Part shown: positions 1 to 8,073 of the stretch, one piece after another
Layout: every line of letters begins with the position of its first letter
Numbering within the stretch: the first letter of the stretch is position 1
Origin: Archaeoglobus fulgidus DSM 4304
GTDB lineage: Archaea; Halobacteriota; Archaeoglobi; Archaeoglobales; Archaeoglobaceae
Assembly: GCF_000008665.1 (NCBI RefSeq)
Contig: NC_000917.1
Location: 690,001-722,000, forward strand
Reading direction: 5' to 3'
Length of the DNA stretch: 32,000 bases
The notes under the pieces: model-generated
What the model was told of the DNA's origin: nothing
The model's database searches: none
Seen by the model: only the letters and a program-made list of their open reading frames with translations
Translations under genes and position numbers: made by a program

Positions 1-360
1 TTGGCTACTGGATTTACATATCTCTCGGGTTTCTTCTTAAAAGACTTAAAAGACATTTCTGCCGATATAAAATCTGGTTACAGAACATTAGCCGTAGTTC
101 TTTCACCCAGCACTTTATTGATAATATCGGTGATGTTGTTTATTGCCTCAACTTTTGTCGTAATTTTTTCATCATTGTTAGATGTGACTCCTACCAGTTC
201 CTTGCTAGTTCTCACAGTATATCCCCCCATTTTGTTCGCAATCTACAAATTTCATAAAGAAAAATGGAAAATAACTAAAAATATTATTTCTTCTTTAAAA
301 ATTTACACTTACTCTTATCTAGGTTTTTTAATTGCCTTTGCTATAGGTTGTAAACTGTAA
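1..360 (+). CDS. UbiA-family prenyltransferase, C-terminal part (5' end lies outside the window)
   Basis: The ORF is open from base 1. It is strongly hydrophobic with a multi-TM profile. 'FLKDLKDISADIKSGYRTLAV' resembles the second Asp-rich motif of UbiA prenyltransferases. It lies in visibly AT-rich DNA. Confidence 0.55.
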   Translation: MATGFTYLSGFFLKDLKDISADIKSGYRTLAVVLSPSTLLIISVMLFIASTFVVIFSSLLDVTPTSSLLVLTVYPPILFAIYKFHKEKWKITKNIISSLKIYTYSYLGFLIAFAIGCKL

Positions 361-387
361 TAATTAAGCAAAAAAAAACGTGGAGTA

Positions 388-1437
388 CTATAAATTAAGA
401 AACACTGTCGACAACGTTGTGTTTAAACAAATTTTTTCTTCTACTTCACTCATTGATCTCTTCTGCATTTTACCTGTGTACGACGGGAAAGACACTAAAA
501 CGCCGTATACATCTTTTCCCCGAAAAACATTTACAATCCAATCCTCGAACATTAACATAATATTCTGGTCAACGAAAATAAAGTCAAACTTTTCTGAGTT
601 TATTACTAATTTTATTCTATCCAACCCACCTTTCAGCTGCTCTCCTAAAAATAATCCCTCGTCATAAAATATATCTAAAGTAAAAAAGGAAGGATAAAAT
701 TTTAAATTATAATCCATCAATCCTAAACATGTAGAACCATTAGTTTCTTTGCTGATTAAAGCTAAAATGTAAGGTGACGCTCCGAATATGCCCTCTCTGT
801 TAACATCGTTTTCCAAATCACCTCTCATTCTTAAATTATGAGACCTTAAGAATTCTCTTATACTCATATTATTTATTTTTGCTATGGACAAATTTCCTTT
901 GCTTATGGCAACATCTTCAATGAACTGGAATTCTTTCTTTAAAATTTTCTTAGTTTCTTCAACATCAGTTCCTCTTTCAGGTAAGAAGTCATCATATTTT
1001 GTGCCAAAATTTTTATCAATAGTTAGAAGAATTACACTCCTCCCAATATTAGAACCATTTATTGCTATCTTTGGTTTACCAATACCAAAATTTAGAGGGA
1101 AGAGATTAAGCGAAACAGCGTTTGCTTTTTCATCTCTGAATGGACGCAAAAGCGTATTTATAGGATATATCGCTTCTTTAAATATTCTAGATGCCTCCTC
1201 AACGTTTCTTGCCATTTTAAGTCTTAAAAAGCTACTTAAAAAAGAATATCTACTATCAACATAAAACAGCGGATAGACCAGCAAATTGAACCTCCCCTTC
1301 TCAGCGCTTCTCAACTGCTCGACCACCTCGTCTGGATTACCCCTGAAAACGTTCAGAGTGTAGTCGATGTCGGCAAACATGCACAGGCATCCGCGAGTCC
1401 ACACGCCATCGGGAGTTATAAACCCTTCAACAGGCAC
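388..1437 (-). CDS. Uncharacterised protein, tentatively FIST-like (main part of a gene that appears frame-broken at its 5' end)
   Basis: 349-codon ORF with a GTG start and no obvious SD. The pattern '[21 protein letters not shown]' followed by a long alpha/beta-looking region recalls FIST N/C domains, but the assignment is from memory only. It forms an overlapping chain with the three ORFs upstream on the same strand. Confidence 0.6.
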   Translation of the reverse strand: MPVEGFITPDGVWTRGCLCMFADIDYTLNVFRGNPDEVVEQLRSAEKGRFNLLVYPLFYVDSRYSFLSSFLRLKMARNVEEASRIFKEAIYPINTLLRPFRDEKANAVSLNLFPLNFGIGKPKIAINGSNIGRSVILLTIDKNFGTKYDDFLPERGTDVEETKKILKKEFQFIEDVAISKGNLSIAKINNMSIREFLRSHNLRMRGDLENDVNREGIFGASPYILALISKETNGSTCLGLMDYNLKFYPSFFTLDIFYDEGLFLGEQLKGGLDRIKLVINSEKFDFIFVDQNIMLMFEDWIVNVFRGKDVYGVLVSFPSYTGKMQKRSMSEVEEKICLNTTLSTVFLNL

Positions 1438-1604
1438 CAGAGCGTGTCAAAATCGAATTTGAACACCTTTGCATCTTTCTGCAGATGCTCGGTGAGGTAA
1501 ACTATCGCGAGATTTGGCCTGAAGTCCAAATTCTCCGCTTTGGACCTGATTTCATCAAACGCCTTTTTGGGGTCATTTTTCAGACTGTATGCGAACTCAA
1601 TCAT
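1416..1604 (-). CDS. Short ORF, probably the detached N-terminal fragment of the FIST-like gene
   Basis: 62 codons. '[28 protein letters not shown]' looks like the start of a FIST-N type domain. Its ATG overlaps the Roadblock stop (ATGATTGA, 1597-1604). It ends 22 nt inside the next ORF in a different frame. Confidence 0.5.
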
Positions 1605-1929
1605 AGACTCGCAGCGACTCGGTGTCTATTCTCACCTTATAAAGCGAGGCAGCGTCGGAAATTCCTACAACAAGGAGCATCGACCTCGAAATCGGCCTTA
1701 TGAGGATTCCCTCCTTCCCCAATCTGAACTCAACGCTGTTCAGGTTCTCCTCAAGCACCTGCCTCGCTACCACCTCAACCTCCTTTTCAGCCCATTCAAG
1801 GGTTGGTATCCACTCCCTGCTTTTTATGTGGCTGGCAAGAACCGTGCCGTCTATACTGTAAACTACCGCAAAGAGAACGGATTCGTCAGTTCTGAAGGGC
1901 TCTATGAGCTCAAGCAAGTCCGCCCTCAT
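1597..1929 (-). CDS. Roadblock/LC7 (MglB-like) domain protein
   Basis: 110 aa. '[21 protein letters not shown]' and the length and pattern are typical of Roadblock/LC7. ATGA overlap with the upstream KaiC-like gene at 1926-1929. Confidence 0.7.
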
Positions 1930-2687
1930 GGTATTCTCCGCTTTATTTTGCTAATATCCTCTAAGGTGAGAGTGCCCTTTTTACACATCTCTGCGATTTT
2001 TTCCTTGGCCCTTTCGGGCAGGTTCATCTCCTCCTCTAATTCAAACCCTTCTCCCCTCTTTTCGTCAATAACTATCCCAGCACCCTCAATAATGTAGAAG
2101 GGATAAACCCCATCTCCGTGCCAGGACATTCTATGCTTTAGAACTCTCAGCGTCCTGCTGAAAGGACCGCCGTAACCGGTGTATCTGAGGCTTATAACGC
2201 TATCAGCCAAAAGCAACAGCAAATCGGCATTCTGTCTTAAAGGCTCCTCCACAGTAATCAGGGCCGTCCCCTTCGACTTGAGATTTTTAAGCAACCAGCC
2301 TATCTCCTTTCTGCTTCCGGCTTCAACGTCAATGACTAGAGGAGATAATGCGTCCACGGCAACTCTGTCGTATTCAAAAGCCATTTTTATGAACGATGCT
2401 GCGTCTTCCGCCACAACCGTCATTATGTTCAGCTGCCCGTTGTCAATGTACTTGGAAAAGTCCCAATGCATTGATTCGGCAAGCCTCAGAAACTCGTCAA
2501 CATCGAGGTCTGGTGAAGCGTACATACATTTTTCACCGTTTTCAAGGCCTTCAAGAAGGTAGTTCATGCAGAAAATGGTCTTACCACACCCCATGCCGCC
2601 TACGACTGCATTGACTGTGTTTTTAATGAACCCCCCACCGAGGATTTCATCAAGCCCGATGACGCCCGACTTAATTCTTTCCAGCAT
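1926..2687 (-). CDS. KaiC-like / RecA-superfamily ATPase (single domain)
   Basis: 253 aa. N-terminal '[16 protein letters not shown]', Walker A 'GGMGCGKT' and a hydrophobic Walker B strand 'RVAVDALS'. Confidence 0.8.
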
Positions 2688-2822
2688 TAATTGAAGTTAG
2701 TTTAAGAAGTATAAATATATTTTCAAGCCTTTGCAACCTTTTTCATCATTAGCAGGTAGCAAGCTTTGGAGGGCTTTTAAACATTTAAACAACTTTAAAA
2801 ACAGCCTGGGTTTTCGTTCGGT

Positions 2823-3794
2823 ATGGACATCACGGAGAAACTGAGGCTGATCACGAGAAATGCCGAGGAAGTTGTGACGGAGGAGGAGCTAAGGCAGCTA
2901 ATTGAAACCAAGGAGAAGCCGAGGGCTTACGTTGGATACGAGCCAAGCGGTGAAATACACCTCGGTCACATGATGACCGTCCAGAAGCTAATGGACCTGC
3001 AGGAGGCCGGGTTTGAAATTATCGTTCTTCTTGCGGACATTCACGCTTACCTCAACGAGAAGGGCACGTTTGAGGAGATTGCCGAAGTTGCGGACTACAA
3101 CAAGAAGGTCTTCATCGCTCTCGGCCTGGATGAGAGCAGGGCCAAGTTCGTTCTCGGAAGTGAGTATCAGCTGAGCAGAGATTACGTCCTTGACGTTCTT
3201 AAGATGGCGAGGATAACCACTCTCAACAGGGCGAGGAGAAGCATGGATGAGGTGAGCAGAAGGAAGGAGGACCCAATGGTTTCTCAGATGATTTACCCGC
3301 TCATGCAGGCCCTCGACATCGCCCACCTTGGAGTTGATTTAGCTGTAGGAGGAATAGACCAGAGAAAAATCCACATGCTTGCGAGGGAGAACCTCCCCAG
3401 GCTGGGCTACAGTTCTCCCGTCTGCCTTCACACGCCAATTCTCGTCGGCCTCGACGGTCAGAAGATGAGCAGCTCGAAGGGGAACTACATCTCCGTCAGA
3501 GACCCGCCTGAGGAGGTGGAGAGGAAGATCAGGAAGGCCTACTGCCCTGCCGGAGTTGTTGAGGAGAACCCGATTCTCGATATTGCCAAATACCACATTC
3601 TGCCCAGATTCGGAAAAATTGTCGTGGAGAGGGATGCGAAATTCGGAGGGGATGTGGAGTACGCTTCCTTCGAGGAGCTCGCTGAGGACTTCAAATCGGG
3701 CCAGCTTCACCCCCTCGACCTAAAGATTGCGGTGGCAAAATATTTAAACATGCTTCTTGAAGATGCAAGAAAAAGGTTAGGGGTGTCTGTCTGA
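2823..3794 (+). CDS. tyrS: Tyrosyl-tRNA synthetase (archaeal type)
   Basis: 323 aa. HIGH-type motif 'GEIHLGH', KMSKS-type motif 'KMSSS', and an archaeal TyrRS length and N-terminus. Confidence 0.9.
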   Translation: MDITEKLRLITRNAEEVVTEEELRQLIETKEKPRAYVGYEPSGEIHLGHMMTVQKLMDLQEAGFEIIVLLADIHAYLNEKGTFEEIAEVADYNKKVFIALGLDESRAKFVLGSEYQLSRDYVLDVLKMARITTLNRARRSMDEVSRRKEDPMVSQMIYPLMQALDIAHLGVDLAVGGIDQRKIHMLARENLPRLGYSSPVCLHTPILVGLDGQKMSSSKGNYISVRDPPEEVERKIRKAYCPAGVVEENPILDIAKYHILPRFGKIVVERDAKFGGDVEYASFEELAEDFKSGQLHPLDLKIAVAKYLNMLLEDARKRLGVSV

Positions 3795-3817
3795 GCAGCG
3801 AGGATGACGTAATTAGG

Positions 3818-4084
3818 GTGAGGTTACCGGACAGGAAGAAGGGGGAGCTTTTCGGAGTGGTAACCTCGATGCTCGGTGCAGGGCATATTAAGGTCAGGTG
3901 CGAGGACGGAGTTGAGAGGCTCGCAAGAATTCCGGGGAAAATGAGAAAGAAAATATGGATTAGAGAGGGTGATGTGGTAATCGTTGTTCCCTGGTCGTTC
4001 CAGAAGGACAGGGCGGACATTGTATGGAGATACACGAATCCTCAGGTTGAGTGGCTGGAGAGAAAGGGATATCTGAAGTTCTGA
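3818..4084 (+). CDS. eif1a: Translation initiation factor aIF-1A
   Basis: 88 aa. OB-fold eIF1A pattern 'RVRLP...GELFGVV..MLG...[31 protein letters not shown]......DIVWRY...[11 protein letters not shown]'. GTG start. See the finding on the start codon. Confidence 0.85.
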   Translation: MRLPDRKKGELFGVVTSMLGAGHIKVRCEDGVERLARIPGKMRKKIWIREGDVVIVVPWSFQKDRADIVWRYTNPQVEWLERKGYLKF

Positions 4085-4085
4085 A

Positions 4086-5006
4086 ATGGAGATTATAGAG
4101 ATTCTCAAATCTTTGGAGCCGAAAAAGGCTCTGACGTTTGGCATTGGCGGTGGAGGGGACATTGTAAGCACGATTCCCGTTGCAAACTTTCTCGGCCACT
4201 TCGGATTTGAGACGCTACACGGAAGCGTGGTCTGGGACAGGATCGTCGTCGATCCGAAGCCTGGGCCGAGGCCTCTGGAAGAGCTTGTTGGCATCGAAAG
4301 AATTAACGAGACGGTTGGAATTGCAAACGAGAGTACCAAAACTGCTGATGGAGTAATTCCGAACATCGCAAAGGCTGCCAAGCACTTTGGCAAAGTCGTC
4401 GCTCTTGACCTCACAAAGAATGTAGGGAAGCTTGCTGAGGGGATCAGAGATTTTGCTGAAAAAGAGGGCATCTCACTCATTGTTGGAGTTGACGCTGGGG
4501 GAGATGCAATCTCCGTCGGTTTTGAGTCGGGAGTGAGGAGTCCGCTTGCAGATGCAATCTGCGTTGCTGCCTTAAAGAAAGTTGGCGGGATTGTTGCCGT
4601 AACAGGTTTCGGGAGCGATGGAGAGCTGAGAGTTGAGGAGCTGCTGCTCAACATCTCCGACATCATCAAAAAAGGCGGTTTTCTGGGATGCTGCTCGATG
4701 AGCAGAAGGGATTACGAGTTGATGAGGAATGCTGTGAAAGACGTAACCACCGAGGCGAGCATGATTCCCCTCATGGCCTTCGAGGGTGAAATGGGGCTGA
4801 AGAAGCTCAGAAAGGGGAGAAGCGCTCTCGTTACACCACTCTCAACGCTGATATTCTACTTCAGGGCGGAAGCCGTTTTTGAAATAAATCACGCTGCAAA
4901 AATAGTGGAGAGGGCGGAAACCTTTGAGGAGGCAAACTCCCTCCTTCACGCTGAAGGCATCCTGACCGAATACGACTTTGAGAGGGCCGTTGCAGGAAAG
5001 CTTTAG
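4086..5006 (+). CDS. Conserved uncharacterised protein with GGGGD motifs (possibly DUF1152-type)
   Basis: 306 aa soluble protein. Motifs 'FGIGGGGDIVSTIP' and 'VGVDAGGDAIS'. It starts 1 nt after the aIF-1A stop. The family name is recalled from memory, not verified. Confidence 0.6.
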   Translation: MEIIEILKSLEPKKALTFGIGGGGDIVSTIPVANFLGHFGFETLHGSVVWDRIVVDPKPGPRPLEELVGIERINETVGIANESTKTADGVIPNIAKAAKHFGKVVALDLTKNVGKLAEGIRDFAEKEGISLIVGVDAGGDAISVGFESGVRSPLADAICVAALKKVGGIVAVTGFGSDGELRVEELLLNISDIIKKGGFLGCCSMSRRDYELMRNAVKDVTTEASMIPLMAFEGEMGLKKLRKGRSALVTPLSTLIFYFRAEAVFEINHAAKIVERAETFEEANSLLHAEGILTEYDFERAVAGKL

Positions 5007-5689
5007 TCCTCCAGCAGCTCGGTTAGGTCTATCTCCTCCTCCTCAAAGCTTATCTCTTCCTCTTCAACCTCAAACTCCTCTTCCTCTATCTCCTCTTCTT
5101 CCTCCTCCTCAACCCCAATCTCGCCGTAGTCCTCCATAACTCTCGCTATTGCCTCCCTTACGGCGTTCTTGTACTCTTCGAGGTTTGTGTTGTAAACCTC
5201 CATGGCGAGTCTTGCGGTCTCCTTTTCCCCCTTCTCCATCTCCTTTATCCTTTCGAGCGTCTGAATTGCCGTCTCCATCACCCAATAGTCCCTCGACTCC
5301 GGATCGGCGATGCTTATCGTTTCGGGGCGTAAAGTAACGAATTTTCCCGTCTCACCCTCAAAAACCCTCACCTTGGCGGTAAGAGCTACGAGAGTTAGAG
5401 TGTCTATGTCCTCCAGCGCTTCATACGCTTCGGGCTGATACCTTCCGACGTAGCCTACAAAAGAGCCGGTCTGGTCAACAACGCGAATTCTGTAAATGCT
5501 TCCGTCCTCTCCCCTCCCCCCCTTTTCTGTGAGAACTCCGATTATAAAAACTCTGTTGCATTTCAATCCGAGAGGTGTGAGGACGTAAACTGGACTTTTC
5601 TCCGACTCATCCTTTAAGGTGTAGGTTGAGTTCATGAGCTCCTTCGCAAAAACCCTTCTCGCAACCTCTCTTTTAAGAAAAGCCGTCAT
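5003..5689 (-). CDS. RPA-associated OB-fold protein (RPA32/Rpap-like) with a poly-Glu tail
   Basis: 228 aa. OB-fold-like core 'NRVFIIGVLTEKGG...IYRIRVVDQTGSFVGYVG'. The C-terminal ~37 residues are almost entirely E/D. Its start overlaps the stop of the upstream RPA gene (TAATG). Confidence 0.65.
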   Translation of the reverse strand: MTAFLKREVARRVFAKELMNSTYTLKDESEKSPVYVLTPLGLKCNRVFIIGVLTEKGGRGEDGSIYRIRVVDQTGSFVGYVGRYQPEAYEALEDIDTLTLVALTAKVRVFEGETGKFVTLRPETISIADPESRDYWVMETAIQTLERIKEMEKGEKETARLAMEVYNTNLEEYKNAVREAIARVMEDYGEIGVEEEEEEEIEEEEFEVEEEEISFEEEEIDLTELLED

Positions 5690-6627
5690 TATACCTCCTC
5701 CAGAAGGGCTTTAACCTTCTCAATCTCCTTTCTGATATCTGGTCTGAAGAACTCAACATGCTTGGCTATCAGGTATCTCGGCGTTGCGGTGCCAACAACC
5801 CTCAGGTACTTTCCGAGAAGCATTTTCTTAAGTTCTGTCAGAACCGCACCTCTATCCAAAGTTTCCTCGGCTATTTTCTTTGCCTTCTCAAGGTTAATTC
5901 CGGTCAGAGATTCCACACCCTCCTCGTTTATGATAACCTCGTAGGTTCTGTATCCGTCGTCAAGCACTCCTTTAATCCTCAAATCGTCTTTCGCCTTCGT
6001 TTTTCCGTGTTCCGGACACTTCCCCATCTTTATCACTCTGTTGCAGCCCTCAACGCTGCAGCGCTGAATGAGTCCGCTGTTCTGCTGAATCGCTACAAGC
6101 GCCCCAACGACCTCCACGTCCTCGCTCAGCTCTTCCGGCGGTTTGACCTTCACATCCTCCTCAATCTCCTCTATCTCGCTTATTTTCGTTACGTTAAGCC
6201 TTAAAACTCCCCCGTAGTCGTCAACAACAACGTTCCTGAATATGTAGCTTTTACCCTCATCAACTGGCTGCTTCTTGGCCTTCGTCCACACGAGAAACCT
6301 GATGTAGCCGGTTTCATCACCAATCAACCCCACCTGGGCTATTGAGGGGCTGCTGCTCTCCCAAAGCTGAATGACCTTGGCCTTCACCGTAACCCATTTG
6401 TTCGGCTCCTTTATTTCCTCAATTTTTGTAATCCTCTCCCTCCTTACCGTTGCAGGTGCTCCGTACTCCCTGATGATGTAATTTCTGATGGTTCTAACAG
6501 CTTCATTTTCCGGAACTCTGAACTCGATAAGAAGTTTTCTGAGCTTCTCAACAATCTCCTTTCTGTCAACTCCATAATCCTTGTAATCTTCAAAAATCTG
6601 GTTGGCTAAACTCTCAACTCTGTCCAT
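5689..6627 (-). CDS. rpa: Replication protein A (single-stranded DNA-binding protein; OB fold plus zinc ribbon)
   Basis: 312 aa. OB-fold segment 'WVTVKAKVIQLWESSSPSIAQVGLIGDETGYIRFLVW' followed by a zinc ribbon 'CSVEGCNRV...GKCPEHGK'. Confidence 0.75.
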   Translation of the reverse strand: MDRVESLANQIFEDYKDYGVDRKEIVEKLRKLLIEFRVPENEAVRTIRNYIIREYGAPATVRRERITKIEEIKEPNKWVTVKAKVIQLWESSSPSIAQVGLIGDETGYIRFLVWTKAKKQPVDEGKSYIFRNVVVDDYGGVLRLNVTKISEIEEIEEDVKVKPPEELSEDVEVVGALVAIQQNSGLIQRCSVEGCNRVIKMGKCPEHGKTKAKDDLRIKGVLDDGYRTYEVIINEEGVESLTGINLEKAKKIAEETLDRGAVLTELKKMLLGKYLRVVGTATPRYLIAKHVEFFRPDIRKEIEKVKALLEEV

Positions 6628-6706
6628 TCAATCACCATTTAACCATTAATCAGGCGGATAAAAGGTTTTTCCGAAAAATTGATAGCCTGCATAATGAGTT
6701 TTTTTA

Positions 6707-7636
6707 ATGGCAGAAGTTCTTGAGCCAAGCAGAGAGGGAATTCGGAAGGCTGTTGCGGTTTTGAGAGCAGGAGGAATCGTTGCCTTCCCGACTGAAACCG
6801 TTTACGGGATGGGATGCGACGCAACCAATGAAGAGGCTTTGAGAAGGCTTTACGAGATTAAGGGGAGGAGCCTGAATAAGCCCTTCATCGTAGGCGTTTG
6901 GAGCAGGGATTATGTGGGCAAGATTGCCGAAGTTGATGAAAGAGCGGAAAAGCTCATGGAAGCCTTTTTCCCCGGTCCCCTAACCCTCGTTTTGAAAAGC
7001 AAGGGTGTTATGCCCTCGCTGCTTTCTCCAAAGGGAAAGATAGCCGTGAGGATGCCCGCGCACGAGGTTCCTCTACAGCTTATGGAGATGCTTAGGAAAC
7101 CCATTGTCGTTCCCTCTGCAAACCTCTCAGGAAGACCGAGCCTGATGAGGTGGGAGCACGTTGTTGAGGAGCTTGGAAGCAGAATAGATGCCGTCGTAAA
7201 GGGAGAATGCAAGGTGGGAGTTGAGTCGACGATAGTTGACTTGACCGAAACTCCTGCAAAGGTTCTGAGAGTTGGTGCGGTAAGCGTTGAGAGCATAAAG
7301 AAGCATGTTGAGGTCGTGGTTGAGCCGAGAAAAGAGACCTACAGCCTATCCTGCCAGGTTTACGTTTTCGTCGGTGAAAGAGCCTTGCAGAGAATAAAGG
7401 AGTTTGTTGATGAGGCAGAAAAGCGGGGTAGAGTTGTTGTAATTGCGAGGGAGAAAATTACGGATGAAACAATTGTGATCGGAAAATCGGCTGAGGAGTA
7501 TTCGGCGAACCTCTTCTCTGCGGTAAGAGAGGCCGAATCCAGACGTCCCGATATTATTGTCATCGAGGGCGTGGAGAACGAGGCAATCATGGACCGGCTT
7601 CGCAGGCTTGCGGGGGAGAGGGTTTTCAGAGTTTGA
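6707..7636 (+). CDS. sua5: L-threonylcarbamoyladenylate synthase, Sua5/YrdC/TsaC family
   Basis: 309 aa. 'GGIVAFPTETVYGMGCDA', 'RLYEIKGRSLNKPF', 'FFPGPLTLVL', 'VPSANLSGRPS' and 'VESTIVDL' are YrdC-domain hallmarks. A C-terminal Sua5-type extension is present. Confidence 0.9.
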   Translation: MAEVLEPSREGIRKAVAVLRAGGIVAFPTETVYGMGCDATNEEALRRLYEIKGRSLNKPFIVGVWSRDYVGKIAEVDERAEKLMEAFFPGPLTLVLKSKGVMPSLLSPKGKIAVRMPAHEVPLQLMEMLRKPIVVPSANLSGRPSLMRWEHVVEELGSRIDAVVKGECKVGVESTIVDLTETPAKVLRVGAVSVESIKKHVEVVVEPRKETYSLSCQVYVFVGERALQRIKEFVDEAEKRGRVVVIAREKITDETIVIGKSAEEYSANLFSAVREAESRRPDIIVIEGVENEAIMDRLRRLAGERVFRV

Positions 7637-7704
7637 TGATGAATGCCGAATGGTTTGGAAAAAATCTTTAAATACTTTAAATCAAAAATAGCTTCGGTGA
7701 AACC

Positions 7705-8073
7705 ATGGGGATTATAGACAAGATTCTCGGCAAATCCGAAAAACTGAACATTGATGAATATGAAGAGCTAGACCTCAGCGAGTATGAGGCTGAGATTAGT
7801 GAGGCTGCCGGAGTTTACATCAGGGTGGCCGAGGTTACAGGACTGAACGAAGTTCCTGAAATCAAAAGGGAGATTTACGACGGGAACATTGTTGTGGCGG
7901 ATATCGCCTTCATAAAGCACGATAAGCTCACTCTCGATAGAGTGCTAAAGGATTTGAGGCAACTCGCTGAAGACGTGAAGGGAGATATCGTCGGGCTTGG
8001 CGAGGATTACGTGATAATAACGCCTACGGGAATTAAGGTGGACAGAAACAAGATTAGGAGTTCCTCAAGATGA
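7705..8073 (+). CDS. sepF: Cell division protein SepF homologue (archaeal)
   Basis: 122 aa. Acidic linker followed by 'IRVAEVTGLNEVPEIKREIYDGNIVVADI...L.RVLKDLRQLAEDVKGDIVGLGEDYVIITPTGIKV', which matches the SepF/DUF552 pattern. Confidence 0.75.
   Translation: MGIIDKILGKSEKLNIDEYEELDLSEYEAEISEAAGVYIRVAEVTGLNEVPEIKREIYDGNIVVADIAFIKHDKLTLDRVLKDLRQLAEDVKGDIVGLGEDYVIITPTGIKVDRNKIRSSSR

Noticed and set aside
3824-4669. 281-codon minus-strand ORF, the longest unexplained ORF in the track
   Set aside because: It is entirely antisense to the well-supported aIF-1A and GGGGD-protein genes. Its product is S/T/P-rich and low-complexity, with no motifs. This is typical of a shadow ORF opposite a GC3-biased gene.
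5006-5116. CTC/TTC-rich repetitive stretch that looks like a simple-sequence repeat
   Set aside because: It is the in-frame coding sequence of the poly-Glu C-terminal tail of the RPA-associated protein. It is not a non-coding repeat or a CRISPR-like array.
7631-7642. TGATGATGA (C-box-like) just after the Sua5 stop
   Set aside because: No CUGA D or D' box lies at the required ~12-nt spacing, or anywhere in the following 70 nt, and there is no terminal stem. Other TGATGA occurrences I checked (for example 2741, 6311, 9371, 15391 on the minus strand and 27211 on the plus strand) likewise lack correctly spaced CUGA boxes and lie within CDSs, apart from 2741, which lies in the kaiC/tyrS intergenic promoter region.
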